A stretch of 64,000 bases of DNA from Vicugna vicugna (taxonomy: Eukaryota), in NCBI GenBank assembly GCA_013265495.1, contig MU059256.1, positions 1,428,805 through 1,492,804 of the forward strand, in the 5' to 3' direction. Below, in pieces: positions 23,520 to 35,330 of this stretch (the stretch's first letter is position 1; every line of letters begins with the position of its first letter). The notes beneath the pieces are model-generated. The model ran no database searches and was not told where the DNA came from. It was given only the letters and a program-made list of their open reading frames with translations. The position numbers were made by a program, and so were the translations under genes.

Positions 23520-24460
23520 GTCAATGGGCAGAGACAGCTAGTGGAGGGAGTGAGAATTAAGCTGGGATGTGAAGACAAGGTAGAATTCAGCTATGTAGTT
23601 GGAAGAAGGAGGGAGTCCTGAGCAGGAGGAACAGGGTGAGCAATGGCGTGGAGGTGGGACTCAGTGGAGCATTACAGACGTGGCCAATAGCACACTTAGC
23701 TAGGACTGGTAATTTACATAGTGCTGCTGTGACTGGGGGATTGGAGGTGCGTGCAGACACACTGGGAAGATTATCAAAAGCCAAGCTTATTATGCAGGCA
23801 TCAGGGAGTCACTGAGCAGGCAAGTGATGTGTACAAGGCAGGGTTAATAGAGTATAAATTATCAGGATGAATTGGACAGGAGAATAAGGGAGGAGCCACG
23901 TGAGAAGGTGAGTTTGGGAGTGATTGCAAGGAGCCACGTGAGAAGTCAGGATGGTGGCTGGGAAAATGGAAAGCGAGGAAGAGAGATGAGAGATCTAACA
24001 GAGAACATTCTGCAGGGCTGGTCTGCTGACTAGCTGTGGGGATTAAAGGAATGAGGTGCATCAAAGATGACTCATTAAACGTCAGGTGTCTGCTGCCAGG
24101 ACAGGAGCTGCAAAGGTTTAGGGCCTCTGCCCCTGTGAAGCGTACCGTGCAGAAGGGGATACCCATGGGCAAACAGGTCAGCTCAGGTGATAGCCCCTTT
24201 TGTACAAGCATCCCCAGGCACCATTAGGACACATGGGTTTCTGTGGCAAAGACCTAGCCAATGAAGACAAATTTCAAGCTCACTGTGACCCAGCCATGTG
24301 ACATCAAGGAGGAAGTGGTGACCTCAGCAGTGGGGTGACTTGGAGAAGATGCACCGACCATACTGATGGTTAGGGGAAGGGCCTTCCAGGCAGAGAGAAC
24401 AACACATACAAAGGCATAGAAGGTTTCCATGGCATGGCGTGCTTTAAACTCTGAGATTTT
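23520..24460 (-). mobile_element. L2 fragments
   Basis: Purine-rich plus strand; GGAAGGGCCTTCCAGGCAGAGAGAACAAC motif. Confidence 0.55.
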
Positions 24461-24529
24461 AATGCTGAATAAATTGCAGAAGGGCAGAACAGAAACAGGA
24501 AAGTCTGTTTTAGGGAAACAAATCATGAG

Positions 24530-24730
24530 AGTAATGGTTAAAAGCACAGATCTGGAATCAAAAGGACATGGACCCGTTTCCAGGAGCAGACTCCAGACAA
24601 GCGACTCTACCTCTCTGAGCCTGGTTTTTTCATCTGCATAGTGTGAATTGTGTTACTTACAGTAGAGTGTTTTGAGAGGATTAAATAAGCACTTAGCCTC
24701 GGAGCTGCACGTACATTCATGCACTAAATA
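24530..24730 (+). mobile_element. MIR SINE
   Basis: GTAATGGTTAAAAGCACAGATCTGGAATCA...ACCTCTCTGAGCCTGG. Confidence 0.65.
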
Positions 24731-25454
24731 ATAGTTGGGGTTGTTCTCATCGTGGTTGAGTTTAGGCATCAGTGACTTGTCTGTGAAAATGCCCACCAGG
24801 CAGTTAGACATAGGGGAAATGATGTGCATCCCAAGGTCAAGGCAAGGTAGCCCCAAGAACATCAGGTCCATCAAGGGGCCTGGATGTCAGGAAAAGGCCA
24901 GAGCCTAAGGACTGAGTGTCTGGAATATTGTAAAGTGTCTGTGCTTCATGCAGGGGGAGGACTAGGAGCCGCCACTGAGAGAGAAGGTGGGACCAGGTCT
25001 GCGTGGTCTCGTGGAAGCCAAAGGGGAGAACTCAAGTGGATCAGGAGCAAATACCTGCTCAGGAAGTTTCCAGGTGAACTCTGACAGAGTCATCCCTATG
25101 GAATGGCTAGTACTGAGAAAGTTGTGGGGGATTGGGAGGAGAGTAGTGGGAGAGAGAAGATGGAGGAAGACTGTTTGAGAAAAGCAGGTGACCTGAGTTC
25201 TAGGCCCCATTTGGCAAATGACTCCATCCTTTTGGGAAGGTCACACACCCTTTCTACGCCTTTTCCCTCACCTGTAACATGAGGATGTTAGACAAGATGC
25301 TGTCTAAACTCCTCTCCTGCTCTCAGCAGCAGACCAGCCTGAGGAACATTGTGGGGAGAAGGTTAGGGAAGACCTGCTATGAGAGACGTTGCAGAGATTT
25401 TACTTTCTTCCCTTTTTCTCTATTGGCCACTGCTACTTCCTGGGGGAAGAAACA

Positions 25455-26045
25455 TGCGCTAGGCAGCCTGTAAGTTGGCACCCAGTGATCTCCACCTCCT
25501 GTGTCCCTACCCTTATGTAATTCTCTCCCCTTGTATGGGGTGGCCTGGCTCCTAGTGGAGTGCTTCTAATGAATAAAATACGGTGAAAGGGTGAGATGTC
25601 ACTTCTGAGATGACAAAGAGCCTCCAAGGCTCTGTAACTTACAGACTGGCTTTCATCTGGCATGTTTTCTTGCGCGTTCTGACTCACTCACTCTGGGGAA
25701 AGCTGGCTGCCCGATTGTGAGTTGCCCTGTGGAGCTGTCCTCATGGCCAAGAGCTGAGGGAGGCCCCCAGCCAGTGGTGAGTGAAGTCTAACAGTCCATG
25801 AGGATCTGAATTCTGCTAACCACCACATGAGTCCCCCAAGTTGAGCTTCCAGATGAGACCACAGCCCTGGCAGGCTTTGGAATCTTGCTAGAGGTCCTGA
25901 GTCAGAGGCACCCAACTGGGCTGTTTTTGGATTCCTGGGATTCGATAGAAACCATGAAATAATGACTGTTTTTGTTTTTGCTTTTGTTTTTAAAGCCATT
26001 ACACTTGGTGGTAGGGGTGGGGTGATTTATACACAACACTGCATA
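25455..26045 (+). mobile_element. MaLR solo LTR (MLT1E/F-like)
   Basis: TGAATTCTGCTAACCACCACATGAG...AGATGAGACCACAGCCCTGG...AGAGGCACCCAACT. Confidence 0.75.
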
Positions 26046-26764
26046 ATTGCAAGCTCCATTATTGCAAACAGAACAATGGGGCTGCATTTTTTTTTGAAGA
26101 AAAGGAGACAGTAACTCTAGGAAGAAAAGAGAAGAGTGGGAGAAGCATTTGAGGCAAAAGGAATGGCATGTGCCAGTCTCAGACTTGGGCCTCATTGGCC
26201 ATGATGCTCAAGTCCCCACTTAGAGCCTAGCATGAAGTTGGTCCTCTGTACTTGCTTAATGCATTGTATCATGGTGAATTCATCATTGTCACCTCCCTAC
26301 AATCCTTGTAAAATGCTTATTGTGCTCAACTCTCATTTCCCCAAACTCATCCTATCATTCCTATTCAAAAATAGTTTGCCAAGTCTCTCGAGATTTTTCA
26401 GGAATGTATGCCAGGCCTACTGATTTGCATGCATGAAGACATACAAAAATCTTTTTGTTAGGGGCTGTTGTGATATGTTCTTTTGAAACCTCTTCCTTAA
26501 TTTTCTTCTGTAGACCAATTTAACTAATGGGCCAGGTGTCTTGATCCTGAGAGAACTATCATTAATTTCCTACCCAGCTTCATTTATAAGAACTAGCCTC
26601 ATAGTCTCTTCATGTTGTCTTTGCTCTGCTGACATATTTGCTGAAAGCTTGCTCTGCACTTTTTCACATATGATGGGATTTCCATTTGAGTGTAGAATCC
26701 ACTAGCAGAACTAGGTGACCACCCTCTAGTATAGATGAGTAAATCTCATTATGTCCATCTTCTT

Positions 26765-27128
26765 CTTTGTCCAGTATTTATACCTAGACTTCTCAGCCTC
26801 CTTTGCAGTTCAGTTGGAATTCAAGTGACTAGTTCTGGCCAATAAGCTGTAAACAGAAGGGATGTGTTGTCCTATCTGTTTGAAGGCAGTTAAGAGTGGG
26901 AGTGGATTCTTTGTGATCTCTATTCTCCTGCTGAGATGCCCACAGAGGCCACAAATTAACATGGAAGTAGTGCAAGATGTAAGTAGTCTGGATTGCTGAG
27001 TCACTATATGGAGAACAATCACCCTACCCTAGACTTTAAGTGAGCAAGAAAGAAACATTGGCCATGTTAAATCACTGAAATTTGAGGGGTTATTTGTTAC
27101 ACAGCATAGTCTAGCTTATACTGACAAA
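26765..27128 (+). mobile_element. MaLR solo LTR (MLT1H/J-like)
   Basis: TGACTAGTTCTGGCCAATAAG...CACTGAAATTTGAGGGGTTATTTGTTACACAGCATAG. Confidence 0.75.
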
Positions 27129-27344
27129 GGGATGCCTAAAATAAGGGATGTGACAGAAAATCTCAAAAAAAAAACAATGGTACTAAATGAGACCAGAGAG
27201 ATCAGAAGGGCTCCACTCTTGTTGGGGACCCATGGACCATGTTAAGGATGTGAATGGGATAGTTTAAAAGGGCATATGGCAGGGGTGACATAAACAAAGA
27301 GAGAGCACACTTGCTTCTGATTGGGGAATGATGTGATGATGGGT

Positions 27345-28045
27345 ATGTTTTATTTTAATTGAAATATAGTTGATTTACAATGTTGTGTTAGTTTCTACTG
27401 TACTGCATAGTGACTCAGATATATATATATATTTTTTCATATTCTTTTCCATTATGGTTTATTACAGGACATTGAATTTAGTTCCCTGTACTTTTGGTAG
27501 GACCTTGTTGTTTATCTACTTTATATATAGTAGTGTGTATCTACTAATCCCAAACCCCTAATTTATCCCTTCCCCCTCCTCTTTGGTAACCATAAGTTTG
27601 TTTTCTGTGTCTGTGAGTCAGTTTCTGTTTTGTAAATAAGTTCATTTGGGCCATTTTTTTAGATTCCACATATAAGTGATAACATATGATATTTGTCTTT
27701 CTTTGTCTGACTTAGTTCACNNNNNNNNNNNNNNNNNNNNNNNNNNNNNNNNNNNNNNNNNNNNNNNNNNNNNNNNNNNNNNNNNNNNNNNNNNNNNNNN
27801 NNNNNNNNNNNNNNNNNNNNNNNNNNNNNNNNNNNNNNNNNNNNNNNNNNNNNNNNNNNNNNNNNNNNNNNNNNNNNNNNNNNNNNNNNNNNNNNNNNNN
27901 NNNNNNNNNNNNCTTTTCAAACTGGAGTTTTCTCTGGATATATGCCCATGAGTGGGATTGCTGGATCATATGGTAACTCTTTTTAGTTTTTTTAAGGACT
28001 CTCCATACTTTTTTCCATAGTGGCTGCACCAAATTACATTCCCAG
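27345..28045 (-). mobile_element. L1 3' end (cetartiodactyl type), spanning an assembly gap
   Basis: TTGAAATATAGTTGATTTACAATGTTGTGTTAGTTTCT...ATGAGTGGGATTGCTGGATCATATGGTA. Confidence 0.85.
27721..27912. other. Assembly gap (192 N)
   Basis: N run. Confidence 1.
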
Positions 28046-28049
28046 TTGG

Positions 28050-28600
28050 TGGATGTAAGTTGGAGTCCAGATGAGGAGTGGCTGTAGCTTAGATAAAGAT
28101 GGTGGCAGGATCAATGACAAGAAGTGGATGGATTCCAACTACACTCATGGATAGAATCAGCAAAAATTTGTGATTGATTCGATCAGCAGTAAGATGGAGA
28201 GATATCAAAATATCCCAGGTTCTCAGCTAAGCATGCAGTGGTGCCAGGCACAGACCAGATGTGGTAAGAGGGGTGGGCACGTAGGGGATGGTGGTAAATC
28301 CAGCTTTAGACATATTAAGTAGAAATTGAATGTGACGCAGCCGCATGGTGAAGATAAGTGGAAACTTGAAGATAAAGGTGGATGGTATGCTGTACACCCA
28401 AAACTGTCACATTGTAACTGACTGTACTTCAATAAATTAAATAAATAAAAACTCTCCTACTAAAAAAAAAAAGGTGGATGTCTAGAAGTCAAGGATAAGA
28501 GGTATAAGTGTCTGTCATCAGCTAAGAGATGGCTGTCAAAGATGCGTACATGAAGGAGACAGTATCTAGGGGAGAAATGTAGGGGGAAAGGATTTAATTT
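28050..28600 (-). mobile_element. L2 fragment (interrupted by an L1 tip)
   Basis: GGTGGATGTCTAGAAGTCAAGG...GTCATCAGC. Confidence 0.55.
28385..28469 (+). mobile_element. 85-bp L1 3' tip with 11-bp TSD
   Basis: AAAGGTGGATG at 28374-28384 and 28470-28480; insert GCTGTACACCCAAAACTGTCACATTGTAACTGACTGTACTTCAATAAA plus A tail. Confidence 0.85.
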
Positions 28601-29464
28601 CAGTTTAGCCAACACTTTCTTTGTGCCAGGTCCAGCTAGATAGTGGGAATACAAAGTGAATAAGATGTAGTGCCTGGGGTCTGCTAGATCATTAAGTGTG
28701 GTGTGATGCGATACGATTCCAGCCAGTGGGGAGGAAGGGAGGCTCTCTAAGCCTTGATCTGCCATCATCCTAGGAGCCCCTCTTTCACTGTGCAGCATCT
28801 TGTCTTCATTAAGGCTTTAGTATTCCTCCTCTCAGTCATCAAACAGCCATGAGATGGAGATTCTTCTGCGCTTTCCACCCAGCCTGTGCAGACCCAGGCT
28901 CTACTCCTTTGCCTCCTGTGGATCTGCCCCTGCAAAGGAAATCCCCTTCTCAGGTTCCCCAGGCGACACTCATCACCCAAACTTAGCAGCGCTACAAAAC
29001 TTCCGACTGCAGCCAGCCTCATCAGAAAAGTGAAACTAAATGAACTTGCTGCATTACGCAGCTGTCCCCATTAGTAATGAAATCCTTTTATTACAAGGGA
29101 TTAGTTTAAAACATGTTATTAAACAGATCAAAATGAGCCATGGCAATGAAAGTCGTTAAAATGCAAGGCATATGAGAGAACAGCTTTCCCCCTGAAATAA
29201 GAGAAGTCTGAAAGTTACGATTGGAATGATTTTATGTGGGAGGAAAATGAGAGTTATGTGTCATGGGCATAACCAGATGGAGGACCAATGGCTACAGCTT
29301 AAAATGGTGGGGCTCCCCTAGTCGGAATCGGGGGATGCTAAAAAGAACAGCCCCTGTGTGACTTAAAGGGAAGGGCATGGCGGCTGAGTGGAGATGGATG
29401 CAGGGGCTGGGAAAAACCCAGCAGCAGGCAGGCTATTCAGTCTTGCGGTCACAGTAGTGTAGCA

Positions 29465-29715
29465 GTGGCTAATATGTTGTGTGTTTACCATGTGTTACCC
29501 TTTTGCTAAATGCTGCACTTGTACATCTTCTGAAATCCTTGCAGCAACTGATGAAGTGGGTAACATTATCATCCCCATTTTATGGACCAGGAAGCTGAGC
29601 CTCAGGGAGTTTCATTTCTTGCCCAATTCACACAGCTGGGAAGGGCTAAAAGTGGAATTTGGAATTTGAACCCGAGTCTGTCTGACTTCAGAGCACGCAC
29701 TCCTAACCATTATGG
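29465..29715 (-). mobile_element. Near full-length MIR SINE
   Basis: ATTATCATCCCCATTTTATGGACCAGGAAGCTGAG...TTTGAACCCGAGTCTGTCTGACTTCAGAGC. Confidence 0.85.
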
Positions 29716-31704
29716 TAGGAGGGAAGCACCTAATGTATTAAATATAGCCCTGCCCTGCACGGATTTACCACTGGGAGTAGGAGTGAGATTTATGAATTTA
29801 AAATGCAAGCACTCCAGTTATCAAGGGAGTGGTCCCAACTAGGGAACTCAGGCGTAGTACCCTGGGAATTCAGGTTTGGTTGGGCATGCCTCAGGACTGA
29901 GTCGATGTATGGGAGGGAAAGAGGAAGCTTACAGAAAGAACTTAACCTGAGCACACAGAGGACCCAGGGACACAACCTTCTTTCAAGGTCAGGGGTCTGC
30001 CCTTGGCAGGACAGACACAGCATGGCGTGCATCTCTAATAACACCCCCTTGTCCATGGTCCTCCCCGCCCCCTGGGCTGAGAGAGCCTGGGGAAATTTAG
30101 CTGGAGAACAAGTGTAATTTGGAATTTTAGCCTCGCAGGGGTGGACCTGGAAGTTGGTACTTCTAACATTGTAATCCCTCCCTTATACTACTGACCAATA
30201 GTTCAAGTAAAGGGGCAGCGTCCCAGGGCAGCTCATTTCCCTGGTGAGTAGAGCTGACTTCTTAGACTATTCTTTCTCATGTAGAAGAGAAATATGTCTG
30301 GCTGGCACTTTCATAGTGACCATTGCTTCTGTCCGTTCGCCTTACAAAATCATTCTTCAATGTGATCAATTGACTATTTGCAAAGAAGAATCACGTTCCT
30401 TCTTCAGCGCCCATTCGACAGGGGAGCATTCCTCCAGCTTCTTGAATTTCAGTGCCCTTAATATCAGGTTGCTTTTCTTGAGACATGGATGACTTTGTCA
30501 ATGCCTCACTTAAAGGGTGAGGACCAGAAGCGGGCATCACGCTTCAGGAGGTGCTGTCAGACCAGAGACCATCTAGAACCCCTGCTTGTAATAACACACG
30601 CTCAGCTTCCACTCCTCACAGCACTGCACTCCTCAGTAAACAAGCCTTTGCCCCCACACACTCCTGCGAAGTCACGCCACCCGCCTCCAATCCCTGTGCG
30701 CTTGGTTTCTGGACCCAATGTTAATCTCTGCTAAACGAGTTGACCCTTGGATCCTGACTCTGTCATCTGACATAATTGCCATCCTTGCCACTGTCTTGTC
30801 ATCTGCAAATCTGATGAGCAAGAGCTCGTTGTATTTTTCCGAGTCATTGACAGAAACACGGGATTTGTCAGGTCAAGAACAGGGGCCTAGGGTGGGGCCC
30901 TGATGCTGGCTCAACTGACTGGCTCCAGATGTCTAGACACTGAGACGTGGAAGAATGGATCTGCGATGTCAAGTTCACCAAAGGGCAAAGTCTGAGTCAA
31001 AAGGTCAGATTGGGATGTGTTTCTGCCTTGAAGCCTGTGATGGTCAGTCACTCCGTGACAATTTCCTGTACTCCCATGTCTTGGCATCAGCAGCCTGAGA
31101 AGTCCCCTCCACTCTCAGGTGACCGGGGCTGAACATGCTGTTTTCAAAATTTAAAAAGAAGTGGATAATATGGTTCAGGAATATTTGCATGAAGACAAGT
31201 TAGCATGCCTGGTTTCTCTGTTTTGATATGGGCATCCTGGAGCCAAAGGCAATTCCAACACGTCCTGACCCTCAAGCTGTCCAGTGAAAGAAGAAGATAC
31301 ATAGTCCAGTGGTTGTCATCTGTGTGATAAGTGCTCTTCTTCACAAGGGTGGACAGATTGCTGTGGGACCCTGCGTGGGAGATACTAACTCTCCAGAAGG
31401 AACTATTAAAGCCTTCACCTTCTGAGCTAGGTGTTGAAGGCAGAATGGGAGTTGGCTTGGTGGAGAAAGGAGAGAGTTGTTCTAGGCGGAGGGCACAAAG
31501 ACATGGGCAGGAAAGAGACGTGGCCCCGCTGGGAAACGGCAGGAAATCTGGGAGCGTGGGGCAAGTAGAAAACAAGGCACAAAAGTAACTTGTTCTCACC
31601 ATTTCCACACTTACTGAGCTCCTAATGTGTACTGAGCTTTGTGTTTGCCTCTGGGGAATGAAAACGATATAGTCCCTGCATCAGAGAGCTTACCAGTGGG
31701 TGTT

Positions 31705-31850
31705 CCTGCCTAAGTGACTTACCTCCTCTGAGTCTATGTTCTCCTCAGTACAACACAGGCAGTCAAATTCATGTTACAAAGGATAGAATAAGATAATGTT
31801 TGTAGAGTATCCAGCACAGGGCCGACTCACAGTAGGTCTGCAGGGCAAAC
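31705..31850 (+). mobile_element. MIR SINE
   Basis: AAGTGACTTACCTCCTCTGAGTCT. Confidence 0.55.
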
Positions 31851-32440
31851 ACATAGTGAGGGTCCTCCCTGTTGGCCTTATGTGAGTTCACACGATGTGG
31901 GGCTGAGTTTCCCTGCCTCCGTCCATTGAGCTGTGGTCCCCATGATGCTTTTGGTGCAGCGTCCTGCTTCGGAGAAGGCCATTTTGGGGTCTGGAGATCC
32001 CTTTCCTCCACATCTGGATAGAGAGGCTTCCAACCCAAGCCACATTTAAGTGTCTCTGTGAAAGATCGCACTTGGTATAAAATGGCAGCATCGTTGACTC
32101 TTATCTGGAAAGAAGGTTCTAGTTTTTAAGTCGTGTCTTTTTACATCCTGTTTGGAGTCCCAGCTGGGCCTGGCCCAGATACCTGCCTGAACTTTGAGTT
32201 GTATTCTGAAAGGTGCTGTGCTGGGAATTAGACCCACCCACTGAGGACTTTGATCCCACCTGGCATGCTGGGAGCAGGTCTAACACCTAGAGACAGAGCT
32301 CAGTGTCTGACAGAGCGGGCGAGCCCAGCGAGATGAGAACAGCACAAGCAATCAGCCCCTGGGAGTCCAACAAAGGGTTAACACGGGGCCCACAGCAAAG
32401 AACCACGGGGCACTGAGTACCCACCACATGACAAATTATA

Positions 32441-32656
32441 CAGTTGTCCCTCATTGTCTGTGGAGGGTTGGTCCCAGGAGCCCGCACAGATAACCCAAAT
32501 CCAAGGATGCTCAAACTCCTTGTATAAAATGGCTAATACAGTGAACACAGTCCACCTTCCGTATCCGTGGTTTCACGTCTGCAGATTCGACCAACCCGAG
32601 ATCTCAATTGGTTGAATCCCTGGGTGCAAAACCCGCGGGTACAGAGGGGCTGACTG
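32441..32656. mobile_element. TcMar-Tigger MITE (MER2/MER8-like) with TA TSD
   Basis: TA|CAGTTGTCCCTC...GAGGGGCTGACTG|TA; internal AAATCCAAGGATGCTCAA and TATAAAATGGC. Confidence 0.85.
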
Positions 32657-32689
32657 TATGTTACAAAACGTTTCTCAAATTCTTCTGTG

Positions 32690-32890
32690 TCAGAAAGAGT
32701 ACCGATAGTTTGTACGCCTCACCTCAGTTCAACCCCACACTAACTCTAGGACACACTGGGCACAATCTTACTTCCACAAGAGGAATTCAAGGCTCAGAAA
32801 ACTTGCCAAAGGCCGCTCAGCTAGTATTTGGAGGAGTCAGGATTTGCACCTGGGCCCGACTTTGCCATCACCTGTGCTTTCACATGATGA
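32690..32890 (-). mobile_element. MIR SINE
   Basis: GGCTCAGAAAACTTGCCAAAGGCCGCTCAGCTAGTA. Confidence 0.65.
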
Positions 32891-33219
32891 GTGATCGTGG
32901 AAAGAGCTACCAGATTTTGAGTACCTGCTAAGTACCAAGTGCTGTGCACAGCTCGTTCGTTGAATTATCTCATTTTCTTCTCAGAATGAAAGTCCAAGGT
33001 GGTGTCATCACCAAGACCCCCAAGAAAGGGAGGATGGACCGAAGGTTTCAGTGCCCAGCTCCTGGGCACGCACCAGAGGAGACAGAGTTGAGTTTGAGTG
33101 GTTTGACTCCAGGACCAGAGGTTTCCCCACCCTTCTGGATAAGGGGACACAAGAGCAGAGAGTCCAGTGGAGGCCAGTGGCTGGGATGGACCTGCAGGGG
33201 TGGGGCAAAAGCAGCCAAG

Positions 33220-34181
33220 GCTGGTCCTTCTGCAGCCTCGGACAGCATGGTCACGGGCTGTGGGGCTGTCTGTCCCCTGGATCTCTCATCAAGGACACAG
33301 ACATCCCCCAAAGAGCCCTTGTACTGCAGGGGGCCTGAATATGGTCTGCCGTGAAGAAAGCTGAAGGGGTCCCGCTGTGGGATCCAGAGGTAGCAACAGC
33401 TGGGACAAGAGGGTCATGCCGTGGGGGTGGGGGTGGGGCCCAGCCCACCCCAAATGGGTTAGGTTTTCTAGGTTTTAGAAAAAGGAGAGTTCCTGCCATG
33501 GCATTTCCAGTTCAAAAAAATACACATATATATACATATATATACGTCACGCTTAGGTCTCAGAGCTGATAAATCCTCTCTGAACAGCACTTGTGCCGGC
33601 TAGAGATGGAACAATAATTCTTCACTTCGTTCTTTATGGGCAAAGAAAACACAGCCACCCACTAATTGTTGTTATAAGCCTACTGCTGGGAAAAACCACA
33701 GGTCTCCCTCTCCTGGGCCCCAAACTCTGCCATTTCAAATTGTAAGCAGTGATTCCAACTCTTCTTTGAAATACAAATCTGCCTCCACGGGCCTGTCTCG
33801 GCTCCGCTTTCCCTCAGTGAGCGATTCTGAGCGAGCAGTGTGGGTGTCCAATAGCAGGAGCGTGCCGCAAATGGCATGGTTTCAGCGGGGAGGAGGGGCA
33901 TGGGGTTTACCACCCTCGCGGCACGCCATCTATTTGCACAGGGCAGGGGGTGACTGGACCTTTCAGAGGCCAAAGAGATGCCCAGGGCTGTGAATCTGCA
34001 AAACAGCAGCAATTATGAGGCTCTCAGAAAGGACCTCTTCAACCTTTCTTCAATGCAGACCCGTATTCAGACCTCCCGCAGTGCCAGGGCTCTTTGGGGG
34101 ATGTCTGTGCCCTCGATGAGGAATCAAAGGGAAAACTCCACACCCTGTGACTGTGCTGTCCAAGGCCACAGAAGGACCAGC
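33220..34181. repeat. Long inverted repeat: arms 33220-33371 and 34031-34181
   Basis: Manual alignment ~79% identity, with a perfect 23-bp core CACAGACATCCCCCAAAGAGCCC. Confidence 0.9.
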
Positions 34182-34309
34182 ATTTGAAAAGCCGATGACC
34201 ACTCTCCAGCCTGGGAGCCCTGCCACTCTAGGAACTTCCAACTGACCGCTGGGCACAGACTCTAGAGGGAAGGATGTGGATTCTGGATGCAGATGGGTCT
34301 CTGTCAAGG

Positions 34310-34470
34310 TCAGCTGCGTGATGGTGGGTGTGTCACTTAACCTCCCTGAGCCTAATTTTCTCCTGCTTGTCTTCCTCCTGATGGAAAGACACCACTTTCT
34401 ACCTTAGAGGTGGAACAGAAATAGTATGCACATAGAGTGCCCAGCATACAGTAAGCACCTAATTATTGTT
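34310..34470 (+). mobile_element. MIR SINE
   Basis: GTCACTTAACCTCCCTGAGCCT...GTGCCCAGCATACAGTAAGCACC. Confidence 0.75.
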
Positions 34471-35119
34471 CATAGCATCAGCAGCAGCAGCAGCATGTGT
34501 GTGATGAGAATCAATGCAACCAACTCCTAACAAAATTTTGCTATCGACCTACCCTATGCAAGATGCTCAATTCCTCCTACGTGCTGGACACCAAAGCCAC
34601 ATTTTGATGACAGTGGAAGAGATGGATGTACCCAGGGTCAGTTGAGCTTAATTTGTTCTCTTTAAGCCTCACCTTCAGCTCACGAGCCACGCGTTCCCTT
34701 TCCCTAGTCACTGCCTCGCCGCCAACACCCACTATTTGCTATAGCAAAATTCATAGGTGACTGACATGTGCGCCACAGTTGATCATCTAAAAGCTGTTTG
34801 ATGTAGATCACCTTGATGGTCCTCATGATGTTCCTGGGAAGAAAACAGAGCAAGCCTGATTGCTTGCATTTTATAGGATGTCCGAGAGGAGCACGAGGTT
34901 CAAGAGGGAGGCAAAGGTGCATGTGTGTGAAATTTGAAGTATGTAACAGGAGCCCCAGATGGTGTTTGAGCATCCATGGGAATTGTCACCCACTGACCAG
35001 GAACCAGGTGCTGGGAGTCCTGTAGAATCTGGGTATCTGGGGGACTGGCTGTGGATGAAGTACTAGAGCCAAATGGCTTTCTGAATGCTGATAAAGGAAG
35101 GAAAACATGGACTGAATGT

Positions 35120-35330
35120 GCCCCAGGGAATGTGTTCAGTGCTTTGCTTGCTAAGCTTACAAACACTCGCAACCACCAGGGTGTTACGTATGATCATCGA
35201 CCCCATTTTAGAGATGAGAAAACCAAGGCTTAGGAAGAGTCAGTAACTGGAGCAGTCTCTGACACAGCGAGTGAGTGATGGAGCCAGCATTTGGAGGCAG
35301 GTCTGCTAACTCCAAAGTTAGAGGCCCTAC
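35120..35330 (-). mobile_element. MIR SINE
   Basis: CCCCATTTTAGAGATGAGAAAACCAAGGCT. Confidence 0.75.

Noticed and set aside
27676-28032. ORFs spanning the N run (likewise 42314-42751)
   Set aside because: Artefacts of assembly gaps.
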